Source: Paraphysomonas bandaiensis
Lineage: Eukaryota; Protista; Chrysophyceae
Reading direction: 5' to 3'
Assembly (NCBI GenBank): GCA_965644295.1
Contig: CBFFRP010000608.1
Coordinates: forward strand, 35,318-99,317
Length of the DNA: 64,000 nt
Shown: piece after piece, positions 47,436-59,600 of the stretch
Layout: the number at the start of each line of letters is the position of its first letter
How positions within the stretch are numbered: the first letter of the stretch is position 1
The notes under the pieces: generated by a model
What the model saw: the letters and a program-made list of their open reading frames with translations, nothing else
What the model was told of the DNA's origin: nothing
Databases searched by the model: none
Made by a program: the position numbers and the translations under genes

Positions 47436-50077
47436 CTAAGTCGCTATATGATCTAAGTATTTCATTGCAAGGGCTGGTTTTCCAGCTACCATGGCACGTT
47501 CAGACGCGGACGTAAAACAATTCGTTGCTTTATCGGAAAGCTCTGTAGTTTCCACAGAGGTGCTCATAGATAATTGGAGGTATAATTCCCCCAGCATAGC
47601 AAGCAATTCATAGTCGGCTACTGTAGGCAAATCATCGTCACCAACACTTTTTCTGGGAACGTAAGGAGACGACTTATTCGCACCATCACCTTTCTCACTA
47701 TCATGTTCTGAAAGGTTTGTTCCATCAAGAGTATGCTCCTGAGAACTCTCATTTACATAGTCCTCGGGTTCCATCTCTACTTCAGTTTTATTTAATACTG
47801 GAAAACGTATGCAATTTTCCCCAACAATTTCTTCTTCTCCCCCATCGTCATATTTAACACCGTACTGCTTATCACTGGAACTCGACCCAGCTATTATTTT
47901 TGTCACCACGGCTGTATACCATGAGCCGCAGCCATAATAGTTTGCTTCCACATGATCTAAGTAAAAGCATGTACGTTAAGCGTCAGCTTTCATATAGGCT
48001 ATTCGTTGGTACCTCCAGTACAAAATGAGGCAGAAGATACGTCACCTGCCTCAGTATCTTTAGTGTACGGATCTTTTGTATCGTCGGCTTTACTCATATT
48101 CTCAATAGCAAGCTGATACATTATCACAGCATGTTGCAAATCTATAGAAATATTTGATTGAGATCTAAATGTTATGAGCATACCATTACCTCCATTATCC
48201 CGACATATATTTCCCGCGAGGCAAGCACCTACTATACTTCCTCGATAAGCAGCTAACTGTAAAAGTGAAAGTGCAGCGTTGGTGTCAATAGGAACGTAGT
48301 CAGATAGCGCGGCAAGAATGTCTGTGTTGACGCCGAAACGAAGTCGACCTAGAGATAACGCAGCTGCACAGGAGCCTAAAATAGTAGCATGGCATAGGTG
48401 GACAATACATGAAGATATATCCGCCACAGGATCTCCAAACGGAGATCCTATCACTGCGGCTTTCATACCCATACCAACGTTTGGCGAATCGTCAGAGGTG
48501 AAGCGGCCATCTAAGAAGGGATTTTAATTAGAAAACCCCACACGAATTAACCCCGATTTACTTACTCGCTTCGAGCAATGCCAACTCCAAGTGAACTTCA
48601 GCTGTATTTCGCTGCAACAGTAATACTCTTTTACGCCATTCTTCGACGTCGTGGATGGGATTTTCAACAGTGCCACACATGGTATTATTCACTACAGATT
48701 GCATCTGTTGGATGAGAACTGGAGATCCATCCGCCGCAACGACAGCGGGATTGATTTCGGTAAATATTAACTCTTCACTAATGCCCTCACCGGCAGATAC
48801 GACTCTTACGGCGTAGCTTTCAGCTAACTCTAGTGAGCTATCAATATCCTGCTGCTCGGAGTGCGTTAACGAAGCAGGGAGCACTGAGAGCTGTTCAGAT
48901 CGAGAAAGTGACGTAAACGATGGCTGAGACTTAATTTTTCTCTCGGCTTCCAATGCTTTAGATCTACACACATACATGGAACACGATAAAATATGGGGAA
49001 AAATTGACAAATTTGTCGAGGACATATTACCTACCGAGTAATAGTATCACTCCTGACGCCCATATACTGTTCAAGAGACTCTCTTCGAAAGAAATCTTTC
49101 CGTACACCAGTTAAAGCAGCTACAATCGATTGTGAATGAGGATAATAAAAACATGTAATATCTAAACAAACCTGCATTCAGCTGTTCCGCCCTGGGACTC
49201 TTGGGAGTGAGCATTCTATCCCTTTCATTGCTGCTTAGAGGGAATCGTGGGAGCTTCAGAAGATCACAGACAGGGTTGCGTCTGAATGATACAAAAAATA
49301 ACGCCATCCCACGAACTCCGAGGTCTGAGTCGCCGAATCTGGTGTCTTGTGAATGTATCTGTGGATCTGTATAGAGGTCACCAACACCCTGGATATCTAC
49401 GACCATGGTTCGACCGGCAGATGCATAGAAGGAGTGGGCAGAGAATGCCTGAGGCGTTGCACGCCTTTCGGCAGTATCTACATACCCAGAGTTGGAATTG
49501 TGTTTTACAAACCCAGCTCCGCATTTGTCATGACCGTCAACGTACCGCTCGCACCCGACAACAGGAGAGTTGGGGCGACTGGAAAGCTCAAGCACGTAGC
49601 ATTGAATAACCATAATATTTTTCGGAGGATTTGCGGAGTTAAATATCTGCAAACAAAAAATATGAGAACGATCCACTCCATAATATTGGTATATTATACG
49701 TTAGCCCAATAGGCGGCCTCATACTGAAGTCGGACATCGTCAAAACATCTTCTTCGGTTAGTGGTATTAATATTTCCATCATCAGTGAGATAGCTCTTAG
49801 CAACATAGTTCGGTGCTTTCGACCAATCCAATTGATGCCATTTAGAGGTAGGGGCCTGAGATATCTTCTTGAGCCTGTAGACCTGTCTCTGAGCCCCCCT
49901 ATCAAACGGTTGAGGCTCCATCTTAATGATCGACGTGTCTGTTACCCATGACTGGGTCTCAGGGATATATCTGTGTCGAGTGACCTTCTCTGCAGGAAGA
50001 GATTCAATGTGTTTATCTGCCCATGGATCGATGTGCTCGTCCACAGCTAGCTTAACCAGAGCCTTAAACTTCTTCAT
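47436..50077 (-). CDS. Alpha-kinase (eEF2K-like) with a Sel1-like helical region and a C-terminal Tudor/Agenet-like domain, multi-exon
   Basis: PFDRGAQR.VY..YVAK, ERYV.G..FVKHNSNSG, PQAFS, VVDIQGVGDLYTDPQIHS; later LLQLAA.RG; then VEANYYG.G.WY.A.V....Y.VKYDDG.EE. Confidence 0.88.
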
Positions 50078-51591
50078 ATTTGAGAAACGAATAGAGTGAG
50101 GGGTAGCAGGGATGGGTAACAGAGAGTGAGTCGTTCACTTACACGCCTGTATATAGAGGATGGATGCTCTCTTAATGCGATGTATGTGCACTGCTGTGTC
50201 ACTGTGTACTACAAGCAGCTGCATGCATGTGCTGCTGTATGTATGTATGTATGTCTATATGGTGCAGGCAAGCAGAGTTGTCGTACATTGCACCCAAATA
50301 CAGTGAAGTACAGTCTGTTGGCCAATAGGAGTGCAGCCACCCTCAAACTTCAACTTCTACATACACAGCCAATCATAAGGAGTATTTCTCAAGTGGTTGG
50401 TCCCCCATATCGTTCTCCTGCTCCTTGTTCATGCCGTATATACATATATAAGTCTCATCACCAACATAAGCTTATTCCATCATGCAATTAATGAAGTCAA
50501 GTGAGCTGGTTTTGAGTTGAGTTTCAAACAGTGTTGAGTGGAATGAGTGGGCGTGGAGTGCAGTCATCTGTAACGAACAGACCCTAACAGATACGTGCAT
50601 AGTAACGATGAGGGAATATAGTTCGAGCATGTCGTCGCATAGCTCAACTACTCTACTGGTGATGTGGATATGCTAATCAGATTGTATTGCGATATTAAGT
50701 TATGTGAATACATATGAAGTAGAATCTATTTTACTCTCTTATGTGTGAGGCAGTGAAGCCGATGTCAAGGGATCATCTGGAGTTGTACCACACACCTCTT
50801 ATGTTATTAAAACTAGAGAAGATGAGTAAAATAAGCAATAAAAAGTATCAGTGATAACAGCACACAGACTAGAGTCGCTAACAGTTGCCATTCATAAGTA
50901 TTTTATAGCCTACATTTTAATTTAGCTGTACCTATTATCTATGTACCATTTGTGTGCTTAAGAATCCACTACTACCTATGGACTTGGCTAGAGTTATAAG
51001 AAGAAATCGCATAGTAATCTTGAGCTGTTTGAAGACAACTATTTTCATTTTATAACCATTTCCTAAACCTCACCCTTATATTGTATATTGCATTCTCGAA
51101 ATACTTGATACTTATATATAGATATCAATAGGTACCTATGACACTCTTGAATTTGTGTATTGCGCCTTCAAAGCTAGAATAGAAAGTGAAATCGAATAGG
51201 CGAGAACATAGTATAAAGTTCTAGATTTCTTACTGTGAGCTTACCTATATATTAGAGATTAAAATTAGCAATAGATAATAGCTATCTATCTTTATGCTGC
51301 TTTTAAAATCATACCAGAGCAAAGTAACTATATAGGTGTAAAATATGTACACATGCAGTAGAGATCTCCACTTCTGTGTTTGTATTGTAGTGTGAGTTTG
51401 GCGAAATATCTATATATTAGAGATTTAAATTTTGATGACAACTGGCGAGTAGTGGCATCTGTATAATTGTGCATCTCTCTCCGTCTGAAACCACAACTAG
51501 GGGAACAGTTTACATGCCAATAAAAATATTTCAGATTTCAATACTCAACACTCTAGTTTTATATAAACATATACTATTTATGAATAAAATC

Positions 51592-52558
51592 TTATATCTT
51601 TTTTCCTGTTGAGAGCATCGCTTTGAGCGATCCCAGTCCTGCAGCTTGCGTTGTGGTGTTTCCTCTCGGCTGTTGCGATGTCTCAGTCCCGATACTTTTC
51701 CTCTTCTTCTTCTTATTCATCTGCTCTAGCTCTAATAAGTTTACTCGTCGCTTTCCGGTCTGGGATGTCGAAGAAGAAGTCAGTGGTACAAAATCTAACC
51801 GACCAATATCTGACTTCATTCCACTCGGCATACTGTCTTTAAAGCTAAATTTAGACGCCTTCCCTTTAGTGCTGGAGGACGCCATAGGGGCAGGAGGAGC
51901 GGTAACTTTCACAGGTGTTTGTGGTTTTGATGCTCGATAGACTGACTCTCTCTTGGAGACACGGTTACATACCAGACAAGTGTACACCTGCGGCGGAAGG
52001 TAAATAAACAGTCAGGCCACTTCATTAAGCCTATTGGAAGCAGTTAACACACGACATACCATTTCATTTTTCATTCGCTTCGATTGTGCCTTGTTGGCTT
52101 TACTTCTCTTAGATCGAGATCGCAGTCTAATCCTGCTAGTAATACCGGGAATCTGAAGTGCAGTGCACCAATGACAGAGACGTTCACGTATATGAGGAGG
52201 AAGATCTGGCATATCATATGATTCACAAAAAGAATAAATACTATATAATTTACCCGCAAAATATTGGTTGCATATATCCATAAAGTTACGACTGCATACA
52301 GCAATTAAGCGCGACATGTATGGGAATAATGCAACAACCTTGCTTGATGTGACAAAGGAACAGATGCAGATACAAGCTGATGAATCGTGCGCCATTGAAA
52401 GTGAAGACGCTGTTGGATATGGAAAGGGATTTCTTGATTGTGCTACCAGCAAATATAAGCGACGAATGCAAGTAGTCTATACAAGCAGCTGAATGCACAG
52501 TAAGATGATTGAATACCTTCGAAAGGATAGGCTGAGGAAGTGGTTGAAATACCTCCAT
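51592..52558 (-). CDS. RNase P/MRP Zn-ribbon subunit (Rpp21/Rpr2/Snm1-like), multi-exon
   Basis: Spliced motifs QQRLHF..P.MSR, RERLCHWC..LQIPG.TSRIR and NEMV|YTCLVC, followed by a Lys-rich tail. Confidence 0.72.
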
Positions 52559-53197
52559 GTTCCCTGAACAGCGATGCCTGCCCTGTTCTTCAGTCCCGTC
52601 GGCTTACTTATAGCCATGTTTCCGTCTCCACGCAGTCCTGTTGGCGTATTGCCATACTACATCCACACGACATACAGCAGTACCAGTCCGTGCAGCAGTA
52701 CGGTACACAAGTACAGAGGAGAGCAGCACCTCGTGGCAAAAGTCCTTATAATCCGCCGGTTTTTGTATAAATCAGGGGTTTTTGGTTTTCTGATTGAGAT
52801 CCAGGCAGGGTGCTCTGTAACAGGCACGAGGATCGCTCGCTGTTCGATGTTGGAGCGGCATCAGAGTCAGCTGCATTAACGTTAAGGTGCTGCTAAGCAA
52901 CCTAAACAGTTGCAACTGCTGCAGCTAATCGGTGCTTATTCTTCGATTCATAGTCATGCAGTGATCGTGATGTGGATGCGATGTCGTCAGGCGTGTAGCT
53001 CCACACCTCCATCACTACACCGCTACACCCCCCCATACACACACCCATGTGCACCTCTACACACCTCTACGTTCTATGCACCACATACACTATATGCTAT
53101 ACGCTACACCCATAAGATAACTATACCCCGCTATACGCTGTGCATAGACACCCTACACAGACACTAGGTCACATAGCATACACTATACACGTCAAGT

Positions 53198-53955
53198 ATG
53201 GGGAGATGGGTCATAACTTTCTGTCCTGTGCTGTATACAGTGGCAATGAACAACGACCTTATGAGTCAGAGTGTGGTACAGCGGTCCGGCCGCAGACAAC
53301 ACGCCACAACAGAGTGGAAGTGCATCAAATCAGGTCGCTCAGTGGGAATTGGCCATGTTGATACCACTGATAGTGAGGATCAGTCTGTATCATCACCACA
53401 GTACCCGCCGAAGCCGTTCAGGCAGCTTCCTTGCCGTACGTTTATTATGAATGGTGTCTGTCCATACCGAGACAGATGTGTTTTTCTCCACGATCCTAGA
53501 ATAGCCAGTTCCTGTGCACGAGCGAAGTGTAAGGTATGGACCCTATTCAACTACGTAATCTAGTATTTATCACATCAACATTAGAAAAAGGCCATGGATG
53601 ACTCATGCATAGACTCGCTGTTCTGGCCCACAATGGAAGCCAATGATGTCAGACAAAAAGTAGATTCAAATAAATGTAACTTACACATATCTACTAGCCA
53701 TTGGCAGACTCAAACATGTATGTAGGGCCACACGTGTGTCAAGAATACGTGGTTCCCATCCCAGAGCGGCCCGGATCTTCACCACATGCCATGCATAACA
53801 GAGCTGTGTACTCTATATGGTCACATTTTACTGCACACTGTCAAGGTAACAGTAAGAATGGCTTACTGAATCCATATTGTTCTATCAATATTTATACTGG
53901 GAGACCAAGATTGAAGGCCTTTGTAGAACTGTCTAAAGAGCGAACTTTGGGGTGA
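53198..53955 (+). CDS. CCCH zinc-finger protein (3 exons; ATG at 53198 or 53246)
   Basis: FRQLPCRTFIMNGVCPYRDRCVFLHDPR is C-x8-C-x5-C-x3-H; downstream exons carry DSLFWP and GRPRL.AF..L. Confidence 0.85.
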
Positions 53956-54441
53956 GAGTATGTAGCCAACGAAAAGGCTACTTTGTTAGCGTAAATTTTT
54001 AAAAGTAGGTGGCAGTAATTGTGCACGGTACATTTCGAAAGTTGTATAACATGTATATTATGGTAGAACTGTCCAGCTGGATTGATTGATAAGTCTCTTA
54101 GCGAATAGTACGAAGAAAGTAGTTGTATACTCTCTACAGTCTACTCTTTTACTTACATAGCAAATCCACGTATTATTATAAGATTATAAGTGGTGATGAA
54201 TTATTCAACTTAATCAAAATGGTTTATTTACCTCGTCACACCAATTTTGGTGTAGCCATCTCGTAAGAATATGAAAAATCTTGTGTGCAAGGTCGACTAG
54301 GTGTTTATGGTATTCACGTCGCCAAATCGAAATAAAGTTACCCCTGGAGAACGTATAGTCTACCCACCAACTAATGATACACATACAGGGCCCATATATA
54401 AGAAGAAAAATTATAATATTTGAATATTATTTTACCTTATA

Positions 54442-54610
54442 TTGAAAGTCTTATTATTAGCAATAGGCGTTAAAAATAGTAGCTAAATGAATGATAGAAA
54501 AACTATTTAGACCTCTACCTGTAACTAATCAGTACACACTTTTTTTATCCTAATATTTAACGCTACGAAAGCTGCTTGTGCGTCGCCGCAAGCACCAAGG
54601 TGCGACCACT
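54442..54610 (-). mobile_element. Dispersed repeat family, truncated inverted copy 4
   Basis: Reverse complement of ~4262-4440. Confidence 0.85.
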
Positions 54611-54769
54611 AGGCAACCAACTACCCAACCAAGTAGCCATCCGACTGGAGAACCAACAGGACAACCGACCGGGTATCCAACTGGCCAACCTACTGGAGAA
54701 CCAAGTAGCCAACTGACTGGTGAACCAACTAGACAACCGACAGGGCAACCAAGTAGCCAACCGACTGGT
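54611..54769 (+). repeat. 12-bp-period PT-repeat coding fragment (PTGQ/PSSQ), not part of an intact gene
   Basis: CAACCnACn/AGT period-12 array translating as QPTTQPSSHPTGEPTGQ; abuts repeat-family fragments on both sides. Confidence 0.8.
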
Positions 54770-55026
54770 TCCATTATCCTACTATTTAACGCTACAGAAG
54801 CTGCAATGAGAATGTTACTATTGGAGAAGATATTGAAATGTGTTGTTTCGTTATTACAGTGCTACACATCTTATCCTGAGTGCAGTTGTACTACGATCTA
54901 CGATTGCATTTACTTTCGCTTGCTCAAGAAATAAATACTGAATTCTCACAAAGGAACAATGATTATAACCTTCTCTAAAAGAGAAAAAAATACAGCATCT
55001 AAGGTATGTATAGATGCATATATACA

Positions 55027-55642
55027 TTGAAAGTCTTATTATTAGCAATAGGCGTCTTTAATCCTACTATTTAACGCTACGGAAGCTGCTTGTGCGTCCC
55101 CCCGCCGCAAGCACCAAGGTGCGACCACTTCTGCTCTGAGTTCTTAAGGTGAACATCCCGGATGCTTGACTTCGACAGGCAGCTCAATACCCCGGTTACC
55201 CTTCAGGTGGGCCCTGTCCCGGATGCCCTTGAGGTGGGCCCATTCCCGGAAGCCTGTTTCTTCGTCAGGGCCCAAAGACGTCTACACAAGTGACACTTAT
55301 TGGTGTCCCTTGTACCACACAAGCATTCGCTTCCGCTCTGAGTTCTTAAGTTGAACATCCCGGATGATTGACTTCAGCAGGCAGCCCAATACCCCGGTTA
55401 CCCTTCAGGTGAGCCCATTCCCGGATGCCTGTTTATTCGTCAGGGCCCAAAAAGACGTCTACACTAGTGACACTTAGTTGTGTCCCTTTTACTTGTACCA
55501 CACAAGCATTCGGCTATGAGTGGGCAGAAGAATATATGCTGACTATGTTTTCAGCTCACATTAGTTTCCCAGAGAGAATCTCTCCGGTACTTATCCCCCA
55601 GCAGAACACCACGAAAAGGTGCGAATCCGACTTTGTTGAGGG
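55027..55642 (-). mobile_element. Dispersed repeat family, inverted copy 5 with an internal ~190-bp tandem duplication (55128-55329 / 55330-55512)
   Basis: Reverse complement of 3941-4440; the block CTCTGAGTTCTTAAG..CACACAAGCATTCG occurs twice. Confidence 0.9.
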
Positions 55643-56654
55643 TGAACCTGGTTACCCGTTACCTTTAAGTGAACTTAAATTCTATTATAGGGGATAAGAT
55701 TACTCATTGTAGACTATTTAATAGTGACCTTTCAGGTTGGATTGTATCTAATGTTACTGATAGGAGATAGTCTCAGCCAAAAAGGAAATTTTATACTTAA
55801 ATGTGATATATGATCCTCCACCTACTAGTAATAATGTGCTCTAACGGTTGTTGCTGCGTCGTCTCCCAGCGCAGGTACTAATAGTACTGTAAGTAGTAGT
55901 GGTGTTATAGCATGCAGTAGTAGTGGAGATAGCTATATATGAGAGTATGCAATGTATTCAAAATCAGGCAATTCGGTTGGAGCATTTGAAATCTCAAGAG
56001 AGGCAAATAACTCTTAACGCAATAAATGATTATAATAACAACTATATTTTTCGACTTTTTCTTTAACCTCTCAGATACTAGTTACAGTATAATAATTCAG
56101 TACTTAGATATGAAACCTGGTGAAATCGATTTACCAGGTTTTGGTATTACCTGATGCGAGCATTCTTCCAAAAACCACGGACAGTTTTTCTAGTAAAAAT
56201 CCTATTTCTTTTTTTAAGGAGAATTAAGCACAGTTATGAAAATTGTGTTGAAAAAGTAGAGAATAGAGGGTGTATACAAAAACGTAACTCGACGGTGGAC
56301 CCTGCTTACTGTCAATATATTTCTATCGCCATTTCTTGTCATTGATGAGTGCCCTAAAGAGTTATGCTACATTGGATAAACCTGATTATTTTGAAATACA
56401 TAGTACTATCTTTAAAGGGGATAGTGGTTGGTGACTACAATCCTAACTACTTATTCTTTTGACGAGGCCAAGTACATAATTTCTACTGACAATATCATTC
56501 AACTGTGTTCAATAATGCATCACAATCTCTATTTCTATTTCAAAAAGTAACAATTCTACAGGACTAATATATGCTTTTATTGCTAACACACTATTAATTC
56601 CTAACCAATTTGCTAAATTGGATATTCATGACGATAGAGACATATTCACTTCTA

Positions 56655-59600
56655 TTATTGGAGATTACAATATTTGATCAAAACCTCCGTCACAGTGCTA
56701 CCTTCACGATCTGAAAGGCTAATGGAACATCTCCCTGATTCAAACTTTGTATCGTACCATGGTGATTTCTCAAAGCCAGGTATATGTCGTTTTTCTATAT
56801 TTATCTTTTCGTTGAACAGCCAATTGGTACGAAGTCGCTCACTTTTGGCCTTAGAGTTTTCTATTACATTATCCGGTAGATCACGGAAGTAGAAGGGATA
56901 GTTTATTAAATCATTCACTAACTTCTGCCGGGGCATATACTGGCTGCTGAACTGCATGTATGCAATCGCGAACGAACTTGCCACCACAACCCACATGATA
57001 ACAAGAACTGTGGTTAGAAGAGTCTGGGGAAACAAATCACTGTTCAGATTGTAAGCAATTACGACTATCACTGCCGATGCTACCGCAGCAGTGTAAGAGG
57101 CAGCTTTCCAGTAGTTTACAAAATCTACACTACAAGGCTGCATATCAGCCGAGTAATGCCGCTGAGTAAAGTCTTGATTTCTAAACCATAGCAGAGTGAT
57201 AGCCCCTAGAAAGACCGAAGACACAGTCGTAGATGCCACGGTCGTTGTGACGGATGCAGGTCCCATTACCACTACGAGTAGCATCGCACTCTTCACAACA
57301 TTGACCACCATAAGATACAGCTTCATGTATGAGACACCAGGTGGGCTGTTATCACGTGAATTTGACGCTGGAACCTCCAGAAGCATTGGAGTAATCATAA
57401 TTGAAAGGGGCACATAAAACGAGTATCCAACCATAGCAAAGACTGCTAAAAGTGCATGATCATCTCGCCAGCACTCAATGCTTTCATCTGCCCGTAAGCT
57501 AGCAAACACATCGTCAACATCATCCGTATAGTTACAGGAGAAAACCTGAAGCAGTTGGAAGCTAACGATCAAAAATAAAGCGTCACTTAAAATTGATATC
57601 AAAAGTCGCATACGAGGGGATATATTGTTCGGTCTTCCGTGCCCGTATACTATTGCCCCTGTGAAGGAAAAGAAAAACTCATCCTTTGAATTGCCTTGGC
57701 GTAAAAGCACGCCGTAATCAGTCAGCTCCTTTAGAAACTGAACAGAAAACAAGGTCAACAACAGTCCCACTATTCCAACAGCTGCCCACATCATTGTAAA
57801 CTGCACGGTGGTTCCAACTGTAACGCGAACATAGACTGATCGAAAAAGGGATTCGCCCCAAAAAGCCGAATTGGATGATTTATCCGATGTAGTATCGTCA
57901 TTGTCGTCATTGTCATCATAGGGATTATTCTGAAGTGCAAATGATGCCATTTGAACGAATTCAAAAGCCAAAGAACATATTTCAATAACATTAGCTGGAT
58001 TCCTGATAGAAAATGTATTCGGTGCAACTGGAGGGGTACTCTTTTTTAATGTAGTCGGGGACTTGTCATTCGAATACTTAACCTTACGATTAAGGCATGC
58101 GCACATTTGTATCGAAGACTCATTCTCATCATCTCTGTAGTATAGCTGCGGCGCTTTGGGTACTGCTGGTTCTCGAGAGATCCACGAATGGTAAGCTCTT
58201 ACCGATCCCAGTACTTGTAGCACAAGAACCCCTGTAAGATAAGATACCAACCAAATCGTTATGGTAGCACTATCTCTCTGCTGTCTCGCTCGAGGAAAAA
58301 TAACGTACACCATCATGTAAGGCAAACCAAGAATATAAAAACTCATGGGAAGGGATCGTAGTATAATTCTAATCCAGCGAAGCGCTTTCTGACTTGTAGT
58401 TTCTGCTTCAAGTGCGGCACTACGAGCTGCAACAAAAATGAGTGTTTCCTATTATCAAAATCAAACTATATCTCTTCGCATAATCTTATATTACAATGTC
58501 GGTATACAGTACACAGTTGGTGCTAGCTAACCTTGGAATGCAGTGGATTCTTTTTCAACAGTTTTAGTTCGCACAATAAGGATGGTAAAAAACGAAGGAA
58601 GAATCAAGGTGATTGCGGAGAATGAAACTAACACAAATGAAACCACCGATGCCAATACACCGTACCACTTACAGATCCACTTATAGCATATATCCGTATT
58701 TCTTATACACGCCAGCGTGTAGGCCAGAGTCTTGAATGCATTATCAGTATCCGTGAGAACATTGTCCACTAGTTTATTCTTCATAACCAGCATTTCCCAC
58801 AGAGAATACATGCAGTCCTTAATTTCAGAGAAGAGACTTTCAGAGCATGACTCCATGAACTGTCCACAACGAATACAGCACCAGCATATTGTTGCATATC
58901 GACGAGTGCTCTTACTTGTATTGTAAAACATGGCAGCTTGCGCCTCCAAATCATTACTATGTTCCAATAAATCATCCAGCGCTACTCTACGATCCATCAG
59001 CTTATCAATATTCCTACTATGATCGACCAGCTCCGATTTGATGCTCTCTGCGGTTCGTTTTATTTCTGACACAGACGATTGAATTCTATCGAGATAATCA
59101 TCACCAAGACGTTTATCACTCGAAGACAATTCATTATCTGTGTCAACGAACGCGTCAGCATTAAAAACTGTGTATATATCATCTCCAGTAGTATTCAGTG
59201 CAGGCCGTTGTTCTTCTGTTGTACACGGCGCAATGACCGTATCTAGGATCTTATTATTACTAGCAGCATCTATGTGTGTAAGTACAAATTAGGAAAAGTC
59301 TGTATTCAAATCGCATGCGCACAACCAACCTCGTTCTTTAAGAGGAGAGGATGGCTGTTGAGATACATTTCGCTTTTTCCCTCGTCGTTTTGCACTTCGT
59401 CGTTCTCGTTGTCGCGGTTCACTTCGTTGGCTAGCACTATGCCTTTTCTCACCCAGCTCCACAATGCCTTCTCCATCATCATCAACATCATCATCACCAA
59501 AGCCATCAATATCAACATTAGAACTAATAAGGCATATCTGTGAGCATGCACGATGCAAGAAAAATAATCTTATGTGTTTCAAGAGCTCGGAAACAGCTAA

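Noticed and set aside
54546-55089. Three ~30-bp direct repeats separated by unique sequence, superficially CRISPR-like
   Set aside because: The spacing is 200-280 bp and irregular, the repeats are pieces of the dispersed element, the context is eukaryotic and there are no cas genes.
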